Below, in pieces: positions 1 through 14,314 of a stretch of DNA of 32,000 bases. The notes beneath the pieces were generated by a model. It saw only the letters and a list, made by a program, of their open reading frames with translations. It was not told the DNA's origin and ran no database searches. Source of the stretch: Mesoplasma florum L1 (lineage in GTDB: Bacteria > Bacillota_I > Bacilli_A > Mycoplasmatales > Mycoplasmataceae). The stretch covers positions 690,001-722,000 of the forward strand of contig NC_006055.1 of NCBI RefSeq assembly GCF_000008305.1, in the 5' to 3' direction. The position numbers and the translations under genes were made by a program. The stretch's first letter is position 1, and every line of letters starts with the position of its first letter.

Positions 1-786
1 AAAAGTTTTAAAGATTTGTATCAAGTACCTTTATTAATTGTTGAAGAAGATGGTACAACACATTTTAGTGATGATAAGTTAGACGATAACTTTTTTTATG
101 ACTTATTAGAAAAGCAGGCTCTTAAAACTGCACAAACCACACCGGGTGAAATGTTAAAGGTTTGAGATAAACTTTTAACTGAATATGATCAAATAATATT
201 CTTGCCTTTATCAAAAGGATTAAGTGGTCAATTCAATACTTACAGAATGTTAAGTGAAACTGAAGAAGAGTACAAAGGTAAAGTCTTTGTTTGTGATACT
301 AACGGAGTAAGTATTATTAATCAAGAATTTGTTAAGAAAGTTGCCTTCTGAATTGCACAAAATAAAAGAGGTTTTGAAATAATGGAATTAGTTTCTAAAG
401 CAAATGAGGATTTCATTGGATACATAATTCCAAAAACTTTAGATACATTGAAGCGTGGTGGAAGAATTAGCCCTGCTGCAGCTAGTTTAGCAAAAATGTT
501 AAAAATTGTTCCCATATTAAGATATGATGGAAAAATAGATAAAGAAGCAACTGCAAGAACTTTTAAAAAAGCAGTTAATGAAGCATTGGATTTAATAAAG
601 AAAAATGCTAAAGGTGTTAAGGTTGTTGATATATCTTATTCAAGAATGCAACCAGAAACATTAGCAGAAGTCATTCAAATAATTGAAGAAAAGGGCTTTC
701 AAATAAATTTAAAAAGCCAAATAACTAGCGTTATTGCAGCTCATACTGGTAAAGAAACTTTAGCAATTGCTGTATGAAAGAAATAG
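1..786 (+). CDS. DegV family (fatty acid-binding) protein, 5' truncated by window edge
   Basis: Frame 1 is open from base 1. TTPGEML, GLSGQFNT and CDTNGVS are DegV-like motifs. Three TGA codons read as Trp; stop TAG at 784-786. Confidence 0.85.
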
Positions 787-794
787 GAGGATTT

Positions 795-1646
795 ATGAAA
801 ATAGTTATTTTATTAGATAGTTCAGGAACTAATCAATCAGAAAAAATAAAAAATAAAAATATTGAGGTTTTACCTTTACACTTTACTTTCCCTAATGGAA
901 CAGATATGTTAGACACTCCAAAAGAAGTGAAAGAAAAAGGCATTATTAAATTAATTTCAGAGGGTGTTGATATCAAAACAAGTCAAGCTAGTCCAGGTGA
1001 AGTCGAAAACAAATATGACGAACTTTTAAAAACTTATGATCACATTTTTCATATCCCTATAACAGGTAATTTATCAAGTATGCTACAAACAGCAATGATG
1101 GTTTCAAGAGATGATAAATATATTGGAAAAGTTACTGTTTATGAAAATTTAAACATTGCAGCTCAAGCAATAGAACAAACGGCTCTTCATATTTCTAAAT
1201 TGTTAGAAGAAGGTAAAATTAAAACACCTGAAGAAATAACACAAGCAATTAAAGAATATGAAAAAGAAATGTATATTGCAATTCTTCCTGGTGATTTAAA
1301 AAGATTAACAAATGGTGGGAGAGGTAAAAAAGCTGTCACAACTGTCTTAAATATTTTAAAAACTAAAGTATTAATTAAATGAGAAGCTGAACCTAAAAAA
1401 GAAGCTATGGGTAGAACAATCAATTCAATAATGGATAGAATTACTAAAGTATATCATGAGAGCTATTCAAAAGGTTTTGAAATGGTTTTTGTTAGAACAC
1501 CTTTAACTTCTTCAAAAATATATGAAGCTGCTAGAGGAGCTTTAGTTGAAGCTAAAGTTAATTTTTCAGAAGAATTAATACCAAATATTTACACAGCACA
1601 TGCAGGTGTAGACACAATAGGTTTTATTATTACAAAAAAAATATAA
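795..1646 (+). CDS. DegV family (fatty acid-binding) protein
   Basis: AGGAGG at 785-790 precedes ATG at 795. Motifs KTSQASPGE and HIPITGNLSSMLQTA. The 774..1382 and 1407..1646 track ORFs join through a TGA(Trp). Confidence 0.87.
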
Positions 1647-1650
1647 AAAA

Positions 1651-1684
1651 TGAATTGGTGAAAGTTTTTAACTTCATCAATTCA
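1651..1684. terminator. Bidirectional intrinsic terminator between degV-like gene and tRNA pair
   Basis: TGAATTGGTGAA / TTCATCAATTCA, 12-bp stem with one G-U pair, flanked by A-rich and T-rich tracts. Confidence 0.7.
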
Positions 1685-1698
1685 TTTTATTTTTTAAT

Positions 1699-1774
1699 TG
1701 GCAGAGGTAACAAGACTCGAACTCGTGACACTCGGTTTTGGAGACCGATGTTCTACCATCTGAACTATACCTCT
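1699..1774 (-). tRNA. tRNA-Trp(CCA)
   Basis: Reverse complement AGAGGTATAGTTCAGATGGTAGAACATCGGTCTCCAAAACCGAGTG...TACCTCTGCCA. 7-bp acceptor stem, anticodon loop CTCCAAA, GTTCGAGTC T-arm, encoded CCA. Confidence 0.95.
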
Positions 1775-1815
1775 AAAAAAGTACTCAATAATGAGCACTT
1801 TGTTTTTTTTAAAAT

Positions 1816-1891
1816 TGGCAGGGGCAGCAAGACTCGAACTCGCGACACTCGGTTTTGAAGACCGATGTTCTGCCAACTGAACTATGCCCCT
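1816..1891 (-). tRNA. tRNA-Trp(UCA), decodes UGA
   Basis: Reverse complement AGGGGCATAGTTCAGTTGGCAGAACATCGGTCTTCAAAACCGAGTG...TGCCCCTGCCA. Anticodon loop CTTCAAA gives TCA. Confidence 0.95.
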
Positions 1892-1956
1892 ATTAAACAC
1901 TTAAATATTATAAATAAAAAAAAGGTTTTTTTCAATCCTAATATGAAAGCGTTGTT

Positions 1957-2412
1957 TTATTTTGAGCTACAATTTTCGCAAATCACATGTATCTCTATCT
2001 TAATATGCTCTAATTTTTGCTTTTTATCTGAAATTATATGATCAAACTTATCAAAATCTATGTTCTTTATTTTATCAGCAGAAACATGTTCTATTTTTCC
2101 ACAACCATCACATTTAATGTGAGCAGATTTGTTTGTTGAAAGTTCATATCATATATTTTTACCATCAAAAGTATTTGATGTTATTATGTGTTCTTTTAGT
2201 AATAAATCTATAGTATTGTAAATACTCGCAAGATTTACATTTGATAAGTTTTTTTCAAGCTTTAATGTAAGTTGTTGAATATTAATGTGTTCAGAAATAA
2301 TAATAATCTTTATAATATTTGATCTTATTTCGGTAATTTTTATTGACTTTACTTTTAATTTATCAATTATTTCAAAATATTTTTCTTCTTGAATTTTATT
2401 TAACTTTAACAT
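1957..2412 (-). CDS. Fur family transcriptional regulator
   Basis: Winged-helix region ASIYNTIDLLLKEHII, then a TGA(Trp), then metal-binding style motifs HIKCDGCGKIEH and HVICENC near the C-terminus. Confidence 0.8.
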
Positions 2413-2414
2413 AA

Positions 2415-2639
2415 TTATTTTGTTAGCTCAGCTATAACATTTTCTAAATCTTTAATTGTTTTTATTTCTAATAGTTTATCATCTGGCACAAATATTGATA
2501 AACGGTCTTCTAGCACTGTTATCATGTCCATTAAATCTAAAGAGTCTAAACCAATTGATGAAAATTGAGTCTCAGCTGTTAGATTACCTTTTGCACCCTT
2601 ACTTTTTAATTCTTTTATAATTTCGTTATGTATATTCAT
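2415..2639 (-). CDS. acpP: Acyl carrier protein
   Basis: Phosphopantetheine site motif GLDSLDLMDMI; 74 aa from ATG at 2639. The track's GTG at 2648 overlaps the likely RBS AGGTGAT. Confidence 0.88.
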   Translation of the reverse strand: MNIHNEIIKELKSKGAKGNLTAETQFSSIGLDSLDLMDMITVLEDRLSIFVPDDKLLEIKTIKDLENVIAELTK

Positions 2640-2670
2640 TTTTATCACCTAAAGAAATTATAACATTTAA

Positions 2671-3006
2671 TTAAGCTTTTTCTAATTGGTAAAATCACTT
2701 ATAATTTTTATAATTATTTCAAATATTTACTTCTACTTTATTTAATTCAAAATCAAAACTTATGTTTTCCACATATGCTTGATTTTCTAGTTTTAATAAA
2801 AATACACTGATAAATTTGTCTTTATCAATATCACCATCTTTATTTATAAAAGATCTCCATTCATTATCTTTAAAAGTAACTTTTTTAATATTTAGATTAT
2901 CTACTATTTTGTTTCCAAAAAAATTGGCACTTGTTATAGCAAAATATAAGGTAACTAAGCCTGAACATAAAATTATAGATACCAAAAGAATTTTAAAAAA
3001 TTTCAT
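2671..3006 (-). CDS. Hypothetical protein with N-terminal membrane/signal segment
   Basis: MKFFKILLVSIILCSGLVTLYFAITSA hydrophobic N-terminus. Extended through TGA codons to TAA at 2671. AAAGGAGATGAT upstream. Confidence 0.7.
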
Positions 3007-4123
3007 AACCTTTTATCATCTCCTTTATTTCTTCTGCATTTAGTAAAATTAAAATTGTTCAAAATAATTTATCGAATTTATAAATAAATTTTTTACTATT
3101 TTGAATATTAAATTTTAAATTATCTATAAATTGATATTTATTGTAAGACTTAATTATTGAATTGAAGGTAAAGGTTTCGCCAAAAATATTTAATCTCATA
3201 ACCATGCATTGATCTAAATTTCAATTATACGGATTTATGTAAAGGCCATCTAATCCTTCATTTAACAATACTTTTTTTGTTTTTTCATCTAACACTGATA
3301 AACCATCGTAATTTATTAAAAACAAATTTTCATTTTCAACTAATTTAGCAGTTAATTTGCCTGAATAATAATTTTTAAAATCATTTTCATCATTTATTTT
3401 AAAATCTTCTAATATTAAATGAGGAAAAATTTTATTGTTTTTAGCTTGCTGAATTTCTTCTAATATAATCTTATTGTTATTTATTAAATGTTGATTTTCT
3501 TCATTAAAAGAAATTGTCATTTTAGCAAAATTTTTATAATACTTATTAACTTCTAATTGATTAAAATTTAAATTTAAATTTGCACTTAAAATACAATCTG
3601 ATGTTCATTTTTTGATTTCATTTTTAATATCATAATAAGTTAAATAATTAATTAAATTTATATTAATCTCATTATCTACTTTATTAAATGTTGGATTTAT
3701 TTTTATAAATCCTTTAGACTTATATTTTATTTCTTTAAATTCATGACTGAAACCAAAACTTAAATTTATTGCATGTTCTTCTTTTAAAGAAATTGGTATT
3801 TCAAATTCAAAAAATATTTTACTTTTATTATTTATTTCATAATTTTTAGTAATTGTTGAAGCTGGTTTAATTTCTTTTAAATCAGAATTATATAATTTGA
3901 AATCTAAATTTGTAATACCATAAATCTTTTTATATTCATCAACATCAACCATATTTGGATTTAGGTTTAAACTTACTAACATTTTAAAATAGCTATTTTT
4001 GTTAATAGTGTAAGGTTTATTTATAAAAACTATCTCTGGTGCTAAAAAAGATTGATTAGCATTTGAAATAATATTTTCTACCAAAATATCAGTATTAACT
4101 TCTTCTTTGATTTGGTTTAGCAT
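2993..4123 (-). CDS. Hypothetical protein (about 376 aa)
   Basis: Track ORFs 3605..4123 and 3221..3520 are in the same frame and join through TGA codons. TAA at 2993 overlaps the start of the next gene by 14 nt. Confidence 0.75.
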
Positions 4124-4156
4124 TTGTTCACCTCATTTATAATTAAGCAAAAAGCG

Positions 4157-4186
4157 CAAAAAAAATAAGATGATTAACATCTTATT
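4157..4186 (-). terminator. Intrinsic terminator downstream of ldh
   Basis: Transcript strand AATAAGATG-TTAAT-CATCTTATT followed by a T run. Confidence 0.8.
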
Positions 4187-4197
4187 ATTAATTTTAA

Positions 4198-5151
4198 TTA
4201 AGCAATAGCTTCTTTTGCTTTTTGGTAAGTTGCATCTAAAGCATCACATGATTTTTTAAATGCTGCTTTTTCTGCATCTGATAGATCTCATTCAATGATT
4301 GTTTCTCATCCTTTTGACCCTAAAATAACAGGAACTCCAGTATAGAACCCTTTTTGTCCATATTCACCATTTAGTTTAGCACCTACCATGAATGTAGTTT
4401 TTTCGTCTCTCAAGATTGCTGATGAAATTGCATTTAAACAAACACCAATTCCGTAGTAAGTAGCACCTTTACGTTCAATAATTTCATAAGCCATTCTAAT
4501 AGCTCTAGTTCAACATTCTTCTAAATCAGCTTCAGTAATTTTTCCTTCTGCTAAGTATTTGCTAATTGGTTGACCCATAACTGTTGCTTTTGAGTACGCA
4601 GCAACTGATGAATCTCCATGTTCTCCCATAATATAAGCATTAACTGATTTAGGAGCCACATTTAATTTTTCAGCAACTAATCTTCTTAATCTAGCTGAAT
4701 CAAGTGTTGTTCCTGCTCCTACAACTGAATGTTCATCATAACCAGTTACTTGTTGATAAACAGTAGTTAAAACATCACATGGGTTTGAAGCAATAACAGT
4801 TACTCCATTGAATCCTGATGCTTTAATAGCTTCAGCTATACCTTTCATAATTCTTGAGTTATCTGCAATTAATTCTAATCTTGTTTCTCCAGGTCTTTGT
4901 GGGCGCCCAGCAGTAATAACAATTAAATCTGCATCTTTACAATCTTCGTAAGTTCCAGCTTTAATTGTAAAAGGTTTGTCTAAAACAGCCATTGTATCTT
5001 GGATATCAATTGCGTTCCCTTCTGCAGCTTTTGTATTAACATCGATTAATACGTATTCTTCAGCTAAACCTTGGTTTACTGCTGAATAAATAAATGACAT
5101 ACCAACTGCACCAGTACCAACTAATACAACTTTATTTGAAGTTTTTTTCAT
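4198..5151 (-). CDS. ldh: L-lactate dehydrogenase
   Basis: KVVLVGTGAVGMSFIYS NAD-binding motif, DLIVITAGRPQRPGETR, VIVASNPCDVLTTV, NAYIMGEHGDSSVAAYS. Extended through TGA to TAA at 4198. Confidence 0.96.
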
Positions 5152-5263
5152 ATTTAATATCTCCTTATTATTTCTCTCTACACATATAATTATATTCTCT
5201 CTATTATAAAAAATTAACTCTTTTGATAGAGAAAATATTTTTTGTTTTTTAAGTTAAATATAA

Positions 5264-5290
5264 AAAAGCATCATTTAACATGACGCTTTT
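5264..5290 (-). terminator. Intrinsic terminator downstream of rpoC
   Basis: Transcript strand AAAAGCGTCAT / ATGATGCTTTT followed by T-rich sequence, 11-bp stem with one G-U pair. Confidence 0.75.
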
Positions 5291-5299
5291 AAATAAATA

Positions 5300-9064
<3,765 letters not shown>

Positions 9065-9073
9065 TTTGACCTC

Positions 9074-12000
9074 CTATTCCTCTTCAAATGAAAGGTTTAT
9101 TTCACTTTCATCTACTTCTTCAAAACTATCTAGGTCTTCAATTTCAACAAGTGATATTGAGTCTTCAAAAGTTAATTTATCAATTGATGCATGTTTCATA
9201 CTTTCATCGTTAATTAAATCGTTGTCATCATCGTATGCATTAATTTGTGATTTATTACCTTTGTTATCTAATAAGTAAATATCAAATCCTAATCCCATAA
9301 TTTCTTTTGAAAGAACGTTAAATGATTCAGGTGTTCCTGGTGTAGGAATGTTTTTTGATCTTACGATAGCTTCATAAGTTTTTGTACGACCTTTTAAGTC
9401 ATCTGATTTAATAGTTAAGATTTCTCTTAGAGTATGAGCTGCCCCATAAGCTTCTAACGCTCAAACTTCCATTTCTCCAAAACGTTGTCCCCCGTTTTGT
9501 GCTTTTCCTCCAAGAGGTTGTTGAGTAATTAATGAGTATGGTCCAACACTTCTTGCGTGAAGTTTGTCATCAACCATGTGTGAAAGTTTCAACATGTACA
9601 TAACCCCAACAGAAATTGGTTTGTCAATTGCTTCCCCTGTTTGACCATCAATTAATTTAACTTTTCCATAGTTTTCCATTCCAGCTTCAGCCATGATTTC
9701 ATCTAAATCATTACTGTTAACTCCTTCGAAAACTGGAGTTGCAATTTTAACTCCTAATTTTTTAGCAGCCATTCCTAAATGGATTTCTAAGATTTGTCCA
9801 ATATTCATACGTGATGGAATCCCTTGTGGGTTCAATAGAATATCTACTGGTGTACCATCTTCTAAGTGAGGCATGTCTTCTACAGGTAACACTTTTGAGA
9901 TAATCCCTTTGTTACCGTGACGTCCTGACATTTTATCCCCTTCTTGGATTTTACGTTTTTGAACAATATAAACTTTAATTACTTCTAATACATCTGCTGG
10001 TAAATCAATACCATCTGGGTTCGCTGCTGATTTAGCTTTGAAACGTTTAACAGATTGAACAATACCTTCTCCACCATTTGGAACTTTTAATGAGTTATCT
10101 TTAACTGATCTTGATTTTTCTCCAAAGATAGCATGTAATAATTTATCTTCTGGTGATAATTGAGTTTGTCCTTTTGGAGTTACTTTACCAACTAAAATAT
10201 CTCCTGTTTTAACTTCAGTACCAATAGCTACAATACCTTCGTTATCTAAGTATTTTTTAGCATTGTCACTAATGTTTGGGATTTCTGAAGTAATTTCTTC
10301 AGCTCCTTGTTTTGTATTACGTACTTCTAATACATATTCATCAATATGAACTGAAGTAAATTTGTCTTCCATGATTACTCTTTCAGACATAACAATAGCA
10401 TCCTCAAAGTTGTAACCATTATATGTAGTAAAGGCAACAACTACGTTTTGTCCTAAAGCTAATTCTCCATTATCAACAGATGGACCATCGGCGATGATTT
10501 GACCTGCTTCTATTGAATCTCCAACTTTAACAATTGGTTTTTGTACAATTGAACTTCCGTTATTTGAACGTTCAAAGTTTGCTAATGTATAAGTTTTAAT
10601 TCCTGCTTTTGATTCAACAGTAATTTGTTTTGCATCTACGTATTTTACAATACCGTTTTCTGTAGCAACAATACATACTCCTGAATCTCTAGCTGCTTCA
10701 AATTCAATTCCTGTTCCAACGAATGGTGATTCTGGAACAATTGTAGGAACTGCTTGACGTTGCATGTTAGCACCCATAAGTGCACGGTTGGCATCATCGT
10801 TTTCTAAGAATGGAATTGCTGAAGTAGCAACAGAAACGATTTGTTTTGGTGAAACGTCGATAAATTGAACTTCACTTACTTTAGCAATGTAATCATCACC
10901 TTTGTAATGTGAAACAACAGTTTCATCTAAAATTTTTCCATTTTCATCTTTAGTAACGTTTGATTGAGAAATAATGTATTCTTTTTCTTCATCAGCTGAT
11001 AAATATTCATGTTCATTTTGAATTACACCATCAATAACTTTTAAGTAAGGTGTTCTAATAAATCCTAATTCATCAACAATAGCATAAGTTGATAAGTTGT
11101 TAATTAATCCAATGTTTGGTCCCTCTGGAGTTTCAATAGGACAGATTCTTCCATAGTGAGAAGGGTGAACGTCACGCACTTCTAAACTGGCACGGTCTCT
11201 TGATAATCCCCCAGGTCCTAAAGCAGTTAATCTACGTTTATTTGTTAATTCTGCTAATGGGTTTATTTGATCCATAAATTGTGATAATTGTGATAAGTTG
11301 AAGAACTCTCCAATTACAGCAGTTAATGGTTTTGCATTAATAATTGTTGAAACTTTAACTTTGTATAAATCACTTGTTGAAAGTTTTTCTTTAACGTTTT
11401 TATCAATACGTGTTAATCCCATTCTGAATTGATTTTGTAATAACTCTCCAACTGTTCTAACACGACGGTTAGCTAAGTTATCAATATCATCATATTCACC
11501 AATGTTGTACTCTAATCCTAATAAGTAAGAAACAGTAGCTACAATATCAACAACTGTAATGTGTTCTTCTTTTGAGTTAGGAGTAATTCCAACAATTGTA
11601 AATGTTTCATCTTTTGAGTTATTGTCTTGGTAAACTTTAACTTTTTGGATTTGACGTGAACCAGGGATATCTTCTCTGTATTCAATTGAAGAAACCATTA
11701 CACCATCTTGTGATAATGCATCAGAAACTTCTTTAATATTTGCTTTTGAAATTTCAGTATTTTTAGCAACTAAAATTTTTCCGCTAGCATCAACAATATC
11801 TTCAGCTAATATTCTTCCCATTAAACGATTTTTAACAGCTAATTTTTGTTGTAATTTGAATCTACCTGCTTTAGTTAAATCGTATTTTCTACGGTCAAAT
11901 AATAATCCGTTAATGTATTTTGATGCTCCATCAGAAGTAGCAGTTTCACCTTGTCTAATTTTTTTATAAATTTCTTGAACGTGTTGTGCTCAGTCTGCAT

Positions 12001-12928
12001 ATGTATCACCAGTATCGTTGTCATTTTTTAATGTTTCAACAATAACTTTATCTTTATCATAAATATTTAAGATTGTATCTCTATCTAATCCTAAGATTTT
12101 CAAGAATGATGTTGCAGTTGTTTTTCTTGATTTGTCGATTTTAACAAATAGTGAATTTGTTGTTTCAGCAGTTTTTTTAGTATCAGTTTCAAACTCTAAT
12201 CAAGTACCACGACTTGGGATAATATCACCATTGTATAGGCTTTCCCCTGTCTTGTTATTGATTTCTGTTTTGAAATATGAACCAGGTGATCTAACTAATT
12301 GTGAAACAATAACTTTTTGTGAACCATTAATAACAAATGTTCCGGCATCAGTCATTAGAGGGAAATCTCCAAAGAATACTTGTCCTCATTTTCTTACACT
12401 AACTTCTGCTACAATAATATCTTCTTTTTCTTCTAAAATTGTAATTTGGAATAAGTCATTTTTTTCTGTTCCTTTTAACTTAACATCAAAGAAATAAATG
12501 TTATCAGTGTTTTTAACAAGTGAAACGTTTTTTGAATCTGTTTTTTCAGCAATTCAATTTGATAATACTTTCTTAACATCTTTTTCTACAATTTCTTCAA
12601 ATTCTTTTGAAATGTCTTCAGTTTTTGTAAACATTAATTGCAAGTCTACATAAATTGGAGCATCATAGATTTTTGATTGCTCTTTTGCTTTTGATGGTGA
12701 AATTTTTGCTTCTTTAATTTCTCATCCTTCTAAGAAAAGAGATGCACTAGCATCATTTGAGCTCATTGCAAAAAATTCATTTAAAACTTCATCAATTCCT
12801 TTTGTTTTGAATCATTCGAAAGTTTTAGTTTGAATTTCGATTAAGTTTGGTAACTCAAGATTACCAGAAACTTTTCTATAATCACGTCTTTCAACGCCAC
12901 GGTTTACTTTTTTAATTTTATATGCCAT
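9074..12928 (-). CDS. rpoB: DNA-directed RNA polymerase subunit beta
   Basis: [19 protein letters not shown] start. Motifs [39 protein letters not shown]-type [38 protein letters not shown]. Joined through TGA(Trp). Confidence 0.98.
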
Positions 12929-12942
12929 GTTGTTTCCTTTCA

Positions 12943-14100
12943 TTATTCTAATATATATTTATATTTATTTAATTGCTTATCAGCAACTGTAAAGTTTGCG
13001 TCATTTTTTGTAACTTTGACTATGTTAGCACTTTTAAGGTTTTCTAAAGCATCCTTAATTTCTTGTTTTTTAACTGCTGCGTAACCTGCAATTTTTAATT
13101 TGTCAGTAATTCTTTTAACAGAAACTTCTTTAGTTCTTTCTGTCAAAATACTAATTAACACAATAAGTTCATAATCACTTGGAAAAAATTTTGATCTAAC
13201 TTCTAAATCTTGCGCTATTCATTCTTTTACCAAAGAAGCTATAAAACCTCTTTTTACAGAATCTTGCAAATGTTTTTTAACAACTTTTAAAAGGTTATTT
13301 ACATTTAAATTGTTAACGAAAGATTCATTAATTTTTTCAATAATTTCATCTCAGTGATTTAGCAAATCAAAAATTCAAATTTGAAATATTTCTTTCTCTT
13401 TAGATTGACCAATGAATCAAAGACTCATAAGCAAAGCTAATGTTGAATTGAATTTTTGATAAGGTTGAATAATTAAAATCTGTAAGAAAATAATTATTGC
13501 TTTTGTAAAACCATCAAAAGAATTTTCAGGTGTATCATTTATAAATTTGAATAAGCCTTTTAGTTCATCATCTATTGATTCAAAGTTAATTAAAACATCA
13601 GTCAAAAGTTTTTTATTGTCTGTTCTATAATAATTAGCTTTTCTGTCTAAGTTAAACTCTGTATTCCTGAATAATATATGAATTAACAACTCATAGTTAT
13701 CTTCATTAATTTCAAAGTCAGCTTTTTTGACCAATCTAACAGCTTCAATTAAATTCATTGCTAGTTTTTCTTTTTTAGTTTTTGGTTTAGCTCCGTTTTC
13801 AATTCTTCTAATCATGTTGTGAATAGAAATAGTTGAAGATCCTTCTGCCAAGTTTTCCAAAAACATCAATGAAGATATATTGCTAGTTAGAATAAAATCA
13901 TTTAATTCCTTATTCTTAGTAAATGTATATGCTTGAAAGTAGTTTGTTAAGTACTTATCTCCTTCAATTTCTTGAACTGGTTCAAAATTCATTTTTTGCA
14001 TTATTGAAAGTGGAAAGTCTAAAGTCAAATAACTTTGTTCTTCAACAATTTGATTCATTGAATCAATAATCTTTTTATTTAAAAAATAGTTTAGACTCAT
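12943..14100 (-). CDS. Uncharacterised protein, possible degenerate Fic-like fold plus C-terminal winged helix
   Basis: 385-aa frame with no TAA/TAG between the two track ORFs (13161 to 13417 checked codon by codon). Architecture LAEGSSTIS...KEKLAMNLIEAVR...NYYRTDNKKL...DGFTKAIIIFLQILIIQPYQKFNSTLALL, then a helix-turn-helix-like ISILTERTKEVSVKRITDKLK...EIKDALENLKSANIVKV. Confidence 0.8.
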
Positions 14101-14314
14101 ATGACTTCCTCCAATATTTCTTTTGCAAAAAAAATGAGGATAGCAGAAGCTCTTAACTAACTAAACTATACTCGATTATTATATTATATATAAAACCCCC
14201 TAAAAAATCAATTAGACTATTTGATTTAAAGCGGAATTAAACTATTTATTTGCATATTTTTGTTATTAAAGTTATACAATTATTTACAAAATAAAGAAAT
14301 TAAAGGGATCTAAT

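Noticed and set aside
321-515. Minus-strand 64-aa ORF at the window start
   Set aside because: Antisense to a clear DegV-family coding frame.
1694-1900. ORFs 1655..1858 (+) and 1694..1900 (-) with the repeated peptides SKTRTRDTRF and GIVQ(L/M)VEHRSSKPSV
   Set aside because: These are translations of the two tRNA-Trp genes. The apparent peptide repeat comes from the duplicated tRNA sequence.
12132-12497. 121-aa plus-strand ORF inside rpoB
   Set aside because: Antisense shadow ORF of rpoB with no recognisable domain.
9074-12928. rpoB apparently split into at least two ORFs with a missing N-terminal half
   Set aside because: Same code-4 artefact. The N-terminal part from 12928 reads [19 protein letters not shown]... 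in the same frame.
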